Assembly: GCA_905373795.1 (NCBI GenBank)
Contig: CAJPUO010000002.1
Coordinates: 92,882-156,881, forward strand
Length of the DNA stretch: 64,000 bases
Source: Candidatus Saccharimonadota bacterium
GTDB lineage: Bacteria; Patescibacteriota; Saccharimonadia; Saccharimonadales; Saccharimonadaceae
Direction: 5' to 3'
The notes under the pieces were generated by a model. That model did not search any database, had not been told where the DNA came from, and saw only the letters and a program-made list of their open reading frames with translations. A program made the translations under genes and the position numbers. This document shows positions 31,246 to 41,916 of this stretch, one piece after another (position 1 is the stretch's first letter; each line of letters opens with the position of its first letter).

Positions 31246-31534
31246 GCTAGCTGCTACTGAGAAGTATACTTGCGGGCCTTCATTCATCATAGCCTCGATA
31301 AGCATACCGCGGTTAGGAATCTGGCCAAACAGCTCTTTCAGCCTTTCAAGATTTTCTTTGTGTTCGACGATACTTTGGGAAATATGAGCCTTAGTGATTG
31401 ATCCTCTCTCTCAGACATTGCGCAACGTCAGGTGCTTCAAGCTGGCGTTTCTCTTTTTCTGCTCTGTCAGACACGGCTTTTATCGGATCATCAGTAATTA
31501 AATCATACACTTCGCGTCGAGCAATACTAAAAGT
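31246..31534 (-). pseudogene. Probable degraded coding remnant
   Basis: Two protein-like open frames joined by a frameshift near a (GA)4 run; the first continues in frame after the stop of the 31535-32245 gene. Confidence 0.35.
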
Positions 31535-32245
31535 TTAATTAGTGATTGCTTGAAGTTTCCGTGATAGATTCATGCGCTCACGAAAATCGTAGCCCTGTTC
31601 TTCAAAACGCATCAACTGCTGGTAGTCAAATATGTTATCTAACATAGAGACAATTAGTCCTGAATAACCAGCTCGAAGATTATCTTTGTTAGTCGAATTA
31701 TTAATTGTCATATCCTGTAAGTCATAAAAAAACAAGCGCATTGATCCATCGGGCAAAGCGGCAAACGATATGCTGTCTCGCGACAGGATGATTCCCGATT
31801 GTGTGAGCGTGGCGATATCGGCACCAAAACCAGTGATATAGGAAGAAATATCTGAAAAATGTTCAATATGAGAAAGTGGACCGTGTGTATATGTCTGTGT
31901 TCCATCCTTGCTGTCAAAGACCCTAAAAGGAAGGTCAGAAAATGGCGTCATGCTTAGTGCTGGTAATTCCCGACTGTTTATAGTAGCAACCATTATTTCG
32001 TATTCTGGAATAGTGAGAAGTCCTAATTCAGACAGTAGTTTCGCGTTTTCGGGTTCTTGTAATACACTGTTCCATTTCTCTGCCTGTGTATCGGGATCGT
32101 CAATGCTATTCGGCACCGCTAGCGCCCTTCTTTTTCCATTAATGATTGCGTCAAATACTGTTTTTGAGCCTCCTTCGCCAAGTAGACCCGAAATAATAAA
32201 ATCTGTATCATCGATTTCTCTTGGTTGGATATATTCGTGTGACAT
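31535..32245 (-). CDS. Protein-kinase-like fold protein (possibly pseudokinase)
   Basis: LGEGGSKTVF Gly loop, LSRDS and FFYDL motifs; own promoter TTGACT-17-TATAAT (32282-32254). Confidence 0.6.
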   Translation of the reverse strand: MSHEYIQPREIDDTDFIISGLLGEGGSKTVFDAIINGKRRALAVPNSIDDPDTQAEKWNSVLQEPENAKLLSELGLLTIPEYEIMVATINSRELPALSMTPFSDLPFRVFDSKDGTQTYTHGPLSHIEHFSDISSYITGFGADIATLTQSGIILSRDSISFAALPDGSMRLFFYDLQDMTINNSTNKDNLRAGYSGLIVSMLDNIFDYQQLMRFEEQGYDFRERMNLSRKLQAITN

Positions 32246-32301
32246 ACTTGAACATTATAACAGATAGACATAAAAAAGTCAATAGCAATCTCAAGGTAGA
32301 A

Positions 32302-32330
32302 TTGACGACCGCGCGTAAATAGTGTACACT
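32302..32330 (+). promoter_or_regulatory. Sigma70 promoter of rpsP
   Basis: TTGACG-17 nt-TACACT. Confidence 0.7.
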
Positions 32331-32383
32331 CTCTAGGAGTAAGACATTAATCAAAGAGTTGTAAGAAAAGGAAGAAATTACAC

Positions 32384-32731
32384 ATGTTAGCAATTCGTTT
32401 GCAACGGTTGGGTCGCAAAGGTTATCCAGTGTATCGCCTGGCGGTACAGGAGGCGCATCGTCACCCGTCGAGTGGTCGAGTGGTCGCGTATGTCGGTAGT
32501 TACAACCCGCATACTAAAGAAGCAAATATTCAGGTTGAATCGGCGCAGAAATATTTAGATAACGGCGCTCAGCCAACCCCGCGCGTCGTTAAACTATTGA
32601 AAGAAGCTGGTGTTAAATTACCGAAATGGATTAAAGAACCGGCTGCTGATAAGCATAAATCTATCCGTAACCCAGAGAAACTTCGCAAGAATCAGCCGAA
32701 TGAAGAGCCGGCTGAAGAATCTGCTGAGTAG
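32384..32731 (+). CDS. rpsP: 30S ribosomal protein S16
   Basis: MLAIRLQRLGRKGYPVYRL...GSYNP...GAQPT. Confidence 0.96.
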   Translation: MLAIRLQRLGRKGYPVYRLAVQEAHRHPSSGRVVAYVGSYNPHTKEANIQVESAQKYLDNGAQPTPRVVKLLKEAGVKLPKWIKEPAADKHKSIRNPEKLRKNQPNEEPAEESAE

Positions 32732-32749
32732 ATATTATAGAATAATCGC

Positions 32750-32780
32750 AAACCGCTCGTTAATCGGGCGGTTTTGTTTT
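32750..32780 (+). terminator. Rho-independent terminator after rpsP
   Basis: aaaccgctcg-ttaat-cgggcggttt followed by T-rich tract. Confidence 0.8.
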
Positions 32781-32797
32781 ATGCTATAATTACCTCT

Positions 32798-34675
32798 ATG
32801 AACACACAAGAAATCCGCCAGAAATATCTCGAATTTTGCCAAAGGAACGGCCACGCTATTATTGAGCGGGCGCCGCTTATACTGCACAATGACCCGACGA
32901 CGTTATTTACCGGCTCGGGCATGCAGCCGCTCTTACCTTACTTGCTGGGCCAGGATCATCCGCAAGGCACTAAATTGGCTGATAGCCAAACGTGTTTGCG
33001 GGCGCAGGATATTGAGGATGTTGGCGATAATCGCCATACGACGTTCTTTGAGATGCTGGGTAATTGGAGTATGGGCGAATATTTCAAACGCCAGCAGATT
33101 GAGTGGTTTTTCGAATTTTTGACAGAAATAGTTGGGCTGGATCCGCATAAAATCTACGTTAGCTGTTTTATCGGCGATGATAAAAATAACATTCCGCGCG
33201 ACGATGAAGCAGCGCAAATTTGGCAGGAAGTTTTTGCCAAAAAAGGCATTGAAGCTAAAATCGTCGAGCTGGACAGCGCTGAAAATGGCGATAAGCTGGG
33301 TATGCAGGGCGGCCGGATTTTCTTTTACAACGATAAAGAGAACTGGTGGAGCCGCGGCGGCGGCATTGATAGTACGCCGATCGGCGATCCATGCGGGCCG
33401 GATAGCGAGGTGTTTTATGATTTTGGCGAGCAGCATCATGATGCTAGTTTTGGGCAGGCGCATCCAGCTAGCGATAGCGGCCGATTTATGGAAATTGGCA
33501 ACCAAGTGTTTATGCAGTATCGCCGGCTGGACGACGGTAGCTTTGAACCGCTGAAACGCAAGAATGTTGATTTCGGCGGCGGCCTGGAGCGGATTGCCGC
33601 GGCGGCAATTGACAGTCCTGATGTATTTAAGATCAGCCTACTACAGCCAATTATTAAAAAGCTAGAAAGTTTAAGCGGCAAGGAATACGCTACACATACC
33701 GCGTCAATGCGAGTGATCGCCGATCATCTAAGGGCAGCGGTATTTTTGGCGGTCGATGGCTGCGTGCCGAGTAATAAGGAGCAGGGCTACGTGATGCGCC
33801 GCTTACTGCGCCGGGCGATTCGCTATAGTTTTGACCTGGGTATTGAGCAGAATTTCCTGGAGGAAGTTGTGCCGGTAATCGCTGACTTATACGAAGCAGA
33901 TTTTCCAGAAGTTAAGGAGAGTCGCGAGAGTATCATCGCTGTGCTGGTCAAGGAAGAAAAAGCCTTCCGCCAGACGCTGCGTAAAGGCTTAAAGCAGATG
34001 CAGCATTATATCGACGATGGCTTGACTGGCGAAGAACTATTCATGCTGTATGATACGTTTGGTTTTCCGGTAGAACTGAGTACCGAGGAGGCGTATAAAC
34101 AAGGCATCAAACTTTCTGATAATTGGCGCGCCGAATTTGATGCGCGAATGGCCGAGCAGCGCCAACGCTCCAAGACAGCCCGCAAAGGGCAATTTAGCGG
34201 CGGCCTAGAGGGCCACGATCCAATCCATCTGAAATATCACACGGCGACGCACTTGTTGGGGGCGGCGCTGCGCAAAGTTCTGAAGGCGTCGGATTTGCAG
34301 CAGCATGGCAGCAATATCACTGCCGAGCGCCTGCGTTTTGATTTTAATCACGATAAATTAACATCAGAGGAAAAACAGGCGGTGGAGGATCAGGTCAATG
34401 CGTGGATTGATGCTGATTTGCCGGTTAGTTACCAGATCTATCCGACTGACGAGGCGCTAAAAATGGGTGCAATCGGCGCCTTTGGCGAGCGCTACGGTGA
34501 TAAAGTGAAAGTCTATTCCATCGGCGAAGGCGACAACGTGGTTAGTTTCGAAGTTTGCGGCGGCCCGCACGTTGAACACACGGGTGTTTTGGCTGAAGGC
34601 GGTAAGCGCTTCAAAATCACCAAGGAGGAATCTAGCTCGGCGGGAATTCGCCGGATTAAAGCGGTTTTGAAATAA
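32798..34675 (+). CDS. alaS: Alanine--tRNA ligase (compact, lacking C-Ala domain)
   Basis: DPTTLFTGSGMQP, HTTFFEMLGNWS, HTATHLL, CGGPHV; ends at GIRRIKAV. Confidence 0.95.
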   Translation: MNTQEIRQKYLEFCQRNGHAIIERAPLILHNDPTTLFTGSGMQPLLPYLLGQDHPQGTKLADSQTCLRAQDIEDVGDNRHTTFFEMLGNWSMGEYFKRQQIEWFFEFLTEIVGLDPHKIYVSCFIGDDKNNIPRDDEAAQIWQEVFAKKGIEAKIVELDSAENGDKLGMQGGRIFFYNDKENWWSRGGGIDSTPIGDPCGPDSEVFYDFGEQHHDASFGQAHPASDSGRFMEIGNQVFMQYRRLDDGSFEPLKRKNVDFGGGLERIAAAAIDSPDVFKISLLQPIIKKLESLSGKEYATHTASMRVIADHLRAAVFLAVDGCVPSNKEQGYVMRRLLRRAIRYSFDLGIEQNFLEEVVPVIADLYEADFPEVKESRESIIAVLVKEEKAFRQTLRKGLKQMQHYIDDGLTGEELFMLYDTFGFPVELSTEEAYKQGIKLSDNWRAEFDARMAEQRQRSKTARKGQFSGGLEGHDPIHLKYHTATHLLGAALRKVLKASDLQQHGSNITAERLRFDFNHDKLTSEEKQAVEDQVNAWIDADLPVSYQIYPTDEALKMGAIGAFGERYGDKVKVYSIGEGDNVVSFEVCGGPHVEHTGVLAEGGKRFKITKEESSSAGIRRIKAVLK

Positions 34676-34750
34676 ATAAACATGAGGTAATTTATTAGTG
34701 AAAAAGTCAACAATTGCCTCAAAATCACAAGCGTTATATAATAAACCTGT

Positions 34751-36013
34751 ATGGCATTGAGAGACATGTTAAAAAAAACTGACAAAGACACTCCGGAATT
34801 GTTAGTTGGTTTGGATATTGGTACAGAGGTCGTTAAGGCGCTGATTGCCGAAATAAAAGATGATAATTTGGAAATTATCGGTGTCGGGCGCAAACAACAA
34901 GAGATGGGCGACATGCATTTAGGCGCGATTGCTGATATTGCTGGCGTGGTCGCAAATTGCGAAGCGGCGCTTACCGAGGCGGAAGATCAAGCTGGCATAC
35001 AGGGTAAACGCGTGATTATTGGTATTGCTGGCGAACTAGTAAAGGGTGTTACTAATACGATTCGTTACCGCCGTCCGCAGCCGAATAAAACTTTAGACGT
35101 GGCAGAGATGGAGTTTATCATTGAGAAGGTGCAAGAGCGGGCGCAAAGTAAAGCTCAGGCGCAGATCGCATTGGAAACTGGCAATGAGGATGTTGAAGTG
35201 AAGCTAGTTAATTCGGCGCTGGTGAGTATTCATATTGATGGTTATAAAGTGTCTAATCCGATTGGCTTTCAGGGGCGGGACGTAGCAGTACAAATTTATA
35301 CGGCATTTGCGCCGATGGTGCATATCGGGGCGTTGGAAAAGGTGGCTGACGAATTAGCGTTAGAATTGGTGGCGGTAGCTGCCGAGCCGTTTGCAGTGAG
35401 CCGCAGTGTTTTGGGAACAGATACCGACAGTAATTTTACGGCGATTTTAGCAGACATCGGTGGCGGCACAACCGATATTGCAGTAGTGAACGACGGCGGA
35501 GTTGAGGGGACGAAGATGTTTGGTATCGGCGGCCGGAGTTTTACGCGGACAATTGCGGCTGATTTGGATTTGAGCTTTAAGGATGCTGAGAAGTTAAAGC
35601 TAAACCTTAATGATGGTAATGTTAAGCCGGCAGTGAAAAAGCGAGTTGATGAGGCGATTGATAAGACATTAGAGGTGTGGTTATCCGGCGTGGAATTGGC
35701 ATTAAGCGAGTTTGACAATGTTGATTATTTACCAAACCGTATTTTGCTGTGCGGCGGCGGTTCTAATTTGAAAAAAATTACTGAGGCGCTGGAAAAACAC
35801 CAGTGGCATGAGGATCTACCGTTTACGAAAAAACCAGTCGTGCAATATATTAAGCCTAGCGACGTGACTGGCATAATCGATACCACAGGCGATATAGCCG
35901 ATCATACGTTTATCACGGTTATGGGTTTACTGCGGGTGGGGTATGATACAATAATTGGAAACCAGGAAAGTAATGGTTTGGTCGAAAAAGTAAACAGGTT
36001 ATTAAAGATTTGA
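34751..36013 (+). CDS. FtsA-like actin-fold ATPase (not adjacent to ftsZ)
   Basis: GLDIGT, DIGGGTTDIAV, LCGGGS; C-terminal amphipathic LVEKVNRLLKI. Confidence 0.85.
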   Translation: MALRDMLKKTDKDTPELLVGLDIGTEVVKALIAEIKDDNLEIIGVGRKQQEMGDMHLGAIADIAGVVANCEAALTEAEDQAGIQGKRVIIGIAGELVKGVTNTIRYRRPQPNKTLDVAEMEFIIEKVQERAQSKAQAQIALETGNEDVEVKLVNSALVSIHIDGYKVSNPIGFQGRDVAVQIYTAFAPMVHIGALEKVADELALELVAVAAEPFAVSRSVLGTDTDSNFTAILADIGGGTTDIAVVNDGGVEGTKMFGIGGRSFTRTIAADLDLSFKDAEKLKLNLNDGNVKPAVKKRVDEAIDKTLEVWLSGVELALSEFDNVDYLPNRILLCGGGSNLKKITEALEKHQWHEDLPFTKKPVVQYIKPSDVTGIIDTTGDIADHTFITVMGLLRVGYDTIIGNQESNGLVEKVNRLLKI

Positions 36014-36014
36014 A

Positions 36015-37643
36015 ATGAATAAAGACGTTATCCATATTGACACAGAAGACGATATTACGTCAATAATTGGCAAGATTAAATCGTCAAAAGAGCGGATTAT
36101 TGCCTTGGTGCCGCCGCGGCGAATCGGCGTTTTGCAGAGTGCGGTTAACATTCGACTGTTGGCGCGAGCAGCTAAATCAGCGGACAAAAGAGTGGTAATA
36201 ATTACCAGCGACAATGTATTGGCAGGATTGGCGGCGACAGCCGATATTCCAGTAGCAAAAACATTGCAAAGTAAGCCGGAAATTGCGGAAATTCCAGCGC
36301 TGAAAGTAGACGATAATGATGTGATTGATGGCGGACAGCTGCCAGTTGGCGATATGGCAGATTCAACGCATAAAAAACCAAAAGATAACAAGGGGGCTAG
36401 CGAGGCAAATACCCCAGATGCCGCCAATAAGAATAAATCTCCTGGTGATTCAGCAAAAAGTAATAAGAAAAAGCCGAAGATTCCAGATTTTAATGTTTTT
36501 CGCAAGAAGTTCGCTTTGATTGGCGGCGGCGTACTGTTATTAATTATATTTTTAGTGTGGGCGACTTGGTTTGCGCCGCACGCGACAGTAATTATTACCG
36601 CTAAAACAAAGGGCGTAAAAGTCAGCGAGACGGTAAAATTAACGACGGACGACACGGTCAGCGCTAAAAATGACAGCATTAAGGTTCAGAAACGAGAGTT
36701 ACAAAAAGAAATCAGTGTTGAGTTTGCGGCAACTGGTAAAAAGAATGTTGGAGAAAAGGCGACTGGGTCAGTTAGGTTTAGTAATTCGTCAAAAAATAGC
36801 GTGACTATAGCTGCGGGGACGATTCTTAAGAATAATGATTTGTCTTATGTGCTATCTTCGTCAGTGACAGTTCCGGCGGCGACGTTGTCGTGGGATTGTT
36901 CTGATAGAACTTGCTCCGGAACGGCTACCGCCTCGGTACGGGCAGCTGAGGGCGGTTCGCAGTATAATGCAGCGTCGGGTAGTATGTCGATTTCGGTTGA
37001 TGGCATAAAAGCTTCGCTGATGTCGCCAACCAGCGGCGGGACTGACAAAACAGCTACCGTAGTAACAGCGTCTGACGTTGCCAGCGCAAAATCGAAATTA
37101 AACGAACAGAAGGATAATAGCCTAAAAAATCAGCTTGCCAGCTCTTTCGGCAGCTCTGCGAAGGTCATCACCGATAGTTATTCTGAAAATCGCTCAGATC
37201 CAGTTCCTAGCGTGGCGGTTGATAGCGAAGCCTCGGGTAGCGTGCTGCTAAAATCGACAATTACTGCCAGTATGCTGGCAGCAGATAAATCTGATATAAA
37301 ATCTTTCATTGACGCTAAAATTAGAGAAGACGATATTGGCGATAAAAAGTCGCAAAAAATTTATGACAGCGGCGTAGATAAAGCGGAATTTTCTCAATTT
37401 ACTGATAGAGGTGGTATTAAGAGCCTTGTTGTGACCGCTAACGGCAAGATTGGTCCGGAAATTAATGAGTCTAAAGTAAAAGAGCAAGCAAAAGGCCGGA
37501 CGTACGGTGATGTGCAGTCGTCGATTGAGTCTATTGAAGGCGTTGAGGATGTTGATGTAAAATTCTCGCCGTTTTGGGTAAGATCTGTACCAAATGATAT
37601 AAAAAAGATTAACGTTGAGTTTAAGCTGAAGGATGCCAAATAG
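36015..37643 (+). CDS. Membrane-anchored protein with baseplate J/gp47-like domain
   Basis: Cytoplasmic N-domain, linker and single TM, then KATGSVRFSN...TIAAGT...VTVPA...VRAAEGGSQYN resembling Baseplate_J. Confidence 0.7.
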   Translation: MNKDVIHIDTEDDITSIIGKIKSSKERIIALVPPRRIGVLQSAVNIRLLARAAKSADKRVVIITSDNVLAGLAATADIPVAKTLQSKPEIAEIPALKVDDNDVIDGGQLPVGDMADSTHKKPKDNKGASEANTPDAANKNKSPGDSAKSNKKKPKIPDFNVFRKKFALIGGGVLLLIIFLVWATWFAPHATVIITAKTKGVKVSETVKLTTDDTVSAKNDSIKVQKRELQKEISVEFAATGKKNVGEKATGSVRFSNSSKNSVTIAAGTILKNNDLSYVLSSSVTVPAATLSWDCSDRTCSGTATASVRAAEGGSQYNAASGSMSISVDGIKASLMSPTSGGTDKTATVVTASDVASAKSKLNEQKDNSLKNQLASSFGSSAKVITDSYSENRSDPVPSVAVDSEASGSVLLKSTITASMLAADKSDIKSFIDAKIREDDIGDKKSQKIYDSGVDKAEFSQFTDRGGIKSLVVTANGKIGPEINESKVKEQAKGRTYGDVQSSIESIEGVEDVDVKFSPFWVRSVPNDIKKINVEFKLKDAK

Positions 37644-38037
37644 GAATTTTTTGGCTCTGGATGTCGGTACGCGGCGGATCGGCGTAGCGATGGCTGATTC
37701 TCGGGTTAAAATTGCGGTGCCTTTTGGGTGGCTGGAGAATGACGAGTCAATAATCCAAAAAATTGTCGAATTGATTTTACGAAACGATATTAATACTATC
37801 GTCGTAGGCTATCCGCGCAATCAATCTGGCGAACCAACGCAGCAGACGAAGTATGTAGAGAATTTTGTCGACCAATTAGCAGAGATTGATTTGGATACGA
37901 AAGTAGTTTTCCAGGACGAGTCGCTGACAAGCGTCCAGGCGGAGCAAAGACTGGGTAATAAAATTAAAGATAAAGGCGAAATTGACGCCGAGGCGGCTAG
38001 TATAATTTTGCAAGATTATTTGGAGGAGCATATATGA
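37633..38037 (+). CDS. ruvX: YqgF/RuvX family RNase H-like nuclease
   Basis: LALDVGTRRIGVA, IVVGYP, QDESLTS, IDAEAASIILQDYL. Confidence 0.94.
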   Translation: MPNRNFLALDVGTRRIGVAMADSRVKIAVPFGWLENDESIIQKIVELILRNDINTIVVGYPRNQSGEPTQQTKYVENFVDQLAEIDLDTKVVFQDESLTSVQAEQRLGNKIKDKGEIDAEAASIILQDYLEEHI

Positions 38038-39113
38038 AAATTCGAAGAAGCCGCAGAAAATGGCTAATAGCTTTGTCGGTGCTGGTTGCTGTGGTCGGCG
38101 TGGCGTCGCTGAGTGCGGCTATGTGGTATCGACAGATGCTTATGCCAGCTGATGTTAGTAATAAAACAGCTATGAGGGTTGATATTAAGGAAGGTATGAA
38201 CTCTGGCGATATAGCTGATAGCTTGGAGCAGAAAAAGCTTATCCGCAGCTCGTTGGCTTTTTCGGCGTATGTGCGCCTGCACAATGCTAGTAACAAGTTT
38301 CAATCTGGTGTATATTCAGTAAAGCCGTCGCAAACAGTGCCGGAAATTGTAGCTCGCTTAACTAGCGGTAAATCAGATGAGATTTCGATAACGTTTTATC
38401 CAGGTGCAACGCTGCATACGAAAATCAAAAATTCAGACGGTAGAGAAGTAGAATCGGTGTTAAAAAAAGCGGAATTTTCGGATAAAAAAATAAAAGAGGC
38501 GTTTAATGCCAAATATACGAATCCAATTTTAGTTAGCCGCCCGAACGGCGCTGACCTGGAGGGCTACGTTTATGGTGAAACATTTTATATTTCGCCTAAT
38601 GAGTCAATTGAACAAGTAATTAAGCGTTCGCTTAGTCATTTTGAGGCTGTCGTGAAAAAATATAATCTAGTAGAGAAGTTTAAGGCTCGTGGTTTGACGC
38701 TGCATCAGGGGATTACATTGGCATCAATTATTCAAAAGGAGTCAATTGGCTGCGGTGCTGGGGCGGAAACATGCGCTGATCAGCGAAAAATTGCGAGCGT
38801 ATTCTATAATCGTTTGAAAGCGGATATGCCGTTAGGGTCTGATGTAACATATCAATATGCTGCTGATAAAACTGGTGCAGTACGGACGCCGGATTTAAAT
38901 TCCCCGTACAATACTCGCAAACACAAGGGCTTGCCTCCAGGGCCAATTGCTGTGCCGTCTTTGAGTGCGCTAAACGCAGCGGCTGATCCGGAAAATACTC
39001 CATACAAGTACTTTTTGAGCGGTGATGATGACGTTACGTATTTTGCGGTAACGAATGATGAGCATGAGAAGAATATCAAGCAGCATTGCCAGAAAAAATG
39101 CCAGATTTCTTGA
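38034..39113 (+). CDS. mltG: Endolytic transglycosylase MltG
   Basis: TM, LEGY, LASIIQKE, IASVFYNRL, SPYNT...GLPPGPI. Confidence 0.93.
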   Translation: MKIRRSRRKWLIALSVLVAVVGVASLSAAMWYRQMLMPADVSNKTAMRVDIKEGMNSGDIADSLEQKKLIRSSLAFSAYVRLHNASNKFQSGVYSVKPSQTVPEIVARLTSGKSDEISITFYPGATLHTKIKNSDGREVESVLKKAEFSDKKIKEAFNAKYTNPILVSRPNGADLEGYVYGETFYISPNESIEQVIKRSLSHFEAVVKKYNLVEKFKARGLTLHQGITLASIIQKESIGCGAGAETCADQRKIASVFYNRLKADMPLGSDVTYQYAADKTGAVRTPDLNSPYNTRKHKGLPPGPIAVPSLSALNAAADPENTPYKYFLSGDDDVTYFAVTNDEHEKNIKQHCQKKCQIS

Positions 39114-39136
39114 CAAATTAGCATTTCATAAAATCT

Positions 39137-39166
39137 ATTGACAATAATGTCAATGTCGTGTAAAAT
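39137..39166 (+). promoter_or_regulatory. Sigma70 promoter with a 7-4-7 inverted repeat over the -35
   Basis: TTGACA-17-TAAAAT; ATTGACA-ataa-TGTCAAT at 39137-39154. Confidence 0.7.
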
Positions 39167-39305
39167 AAACAGTAGCTCGTTCGCGAGTTGAGTTGTTGGG
39201 GACTGGCACGACGAACGGCCTGCCAAGATTGTCGCTACGGATACGATAAACCAAATCATTTTAGAATATAAACTAATTATTAGGTCGACAAGGTATCCTG
39301 TTCTA

Positions 39306-40496
39306 TTGCGAGAAGAAAGACAGTTTGGTAGTAGCACTGGCGGCAACGCTGATGCAAGGAGTACGGAGATTCGTAATCAAGTATCTACTCTTCGGAGTAA
39401 AAGAAGTAAGCTGCGTTCATTTGCGGTTTATGGCGGAATATTTATTTTATTTATTTCGTTCCTAATATATGGATATAATAACGGCGAGTCGGCTGCGGCA
39501 GAAAGTAAAACAGTTGCCTCATCTAATACGAGATCATCAAAACCGCATAATGAAAATACCACAGCAAGTGCAGTGTCTGTTGATCAGCTAGCAGCAGCTA
39601 CTGTAGTGACGAATCTTGCTGAAACGACTGAATTACCATCGGCTGGCGATCTGCGTGAAACTACTACGTCTCTGGGGATTAAAAAGGATTTATCGCAAAA
39701 TGACGCCGAGGTAATCACGAAGCCGGAAATTGTCAAGCCTGATACTTCAGCTGGTCGCGGAATTACGACTTATGTAACGAAGAATGGCGACACTATGAAT
39801 ACTGTTGCTAAGAAGTTTAAGATCTCGGCGCAAACACTGCGCTGGGCTAATAATACGGATTCTGATGCAATTGAGCCAGGCAAGACTTTGACTGTGCCGT
39901 TGGTTGACGGCGTGGTTTATACGGTTAAGAGCGGCGATACTGCTCAGTCGCTAGCGGAAAAATATAAGACTAGCGCTGAGCGAATCGTACTATATAACGA
40001 TATTGAGGAAAACACAGGACTTAATGTTGGCACTCGCGTAGTCCTGCCTGGCGGCGAATTACCGGAAACTGAACGTCCAGGCTATGTGGCTCCGCGCCCG
40101 CGTTATGGCAATCGATATGCCTCCTCTTATGGCAGCGCCTCTGGCGGTACAGCAACTAGAAGTTCGGCTATTGCCTCTGTTGGTAACAGATATGCTGCTG
40201 GTAACTGTACTTGGTATGCGTATGAACGCCGTTTGCAGTTAGGGCGTCCAATCGGTAGTTTCTGGGGTAATGCTAATACGTGGGCAGCTAGCGCCAGGGC
40301 GGCTGGTCTTCTGGTCAATAGTACTCCAGCGCCAGGCGCAATTTTCCAGACGCGAACTGGCTATTACGGCCACGTTGGTATTGTCGAACGAGTTGAGAAC
40401 GGTGTAGTTTACGTAAGCGACATGAATTTTGCTGGATACGGTATTGTTACCCATCGTGTCCTTGATAACCCAGGCGGCTACACTTATATCCACTAA
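39306..40496 (+). CDS. LysM x2 + CHAP peptidoglycan hydrolase
   Basis: TM, two LysM domains (YVTKNGDT, YTVKSGDT), CHAP GNCTWYA...WGNA..W...YGHVGIVE; TTG start uncertain. Confidence 0.9.
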   Translation: MREERQFGSSTGGNADARSTEIRNQVSTLRSKRSKLRSFAVYGGIFILFISFLIYGYNNGESAAAESKTVASSNTRSSKPHNENTTASAVSVDQLAAATVVTNLAETTELPSAGDLRETTTSLGIKKDLSQNDAEVITKPEIVKPDTSAGRGITTYVTKNGDTMNTVAKKFKISAQTLRWANNTDSDAIEPGKTLTVPLVDGVVYTVKSGDTAQSLAEKYKTSAERIVLYNDIEENTGLNVGTRVVLPGGELPETERPGYVAPRPRYGNRYASSYGSASGGTATRSSAIASVGNRYAAGNCTWYAYERRLQLGRPIGSFWGNANTWAASARAAGLLVNSTPAPGAIFQTRTGYYGHVGIVERVENGVVYVSDMNFAGYGIVTHRVLDNPGGYTYIH

Positions 40497-40512
40497 GTAG
40501 ATTAAGTATGTT

Positions 40513-40544
40513 AGCGCCTCCGCTATCTCTCGGGGGCGCTTTTT
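40513..40544 (+). terminator. Rho-independent terminator
   Basis: agcgcctccg...cgggggcgct followed by TTTT. Confidence 0.75.
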
Positions 40545-40546
40545 GA

Positions 40547-41878
<1,332 letters not shown>

Positions 41879-41916
41879 GTTTGGGTGTCATCTCGTAGCT
41901 TTGCTATACTATAGGT

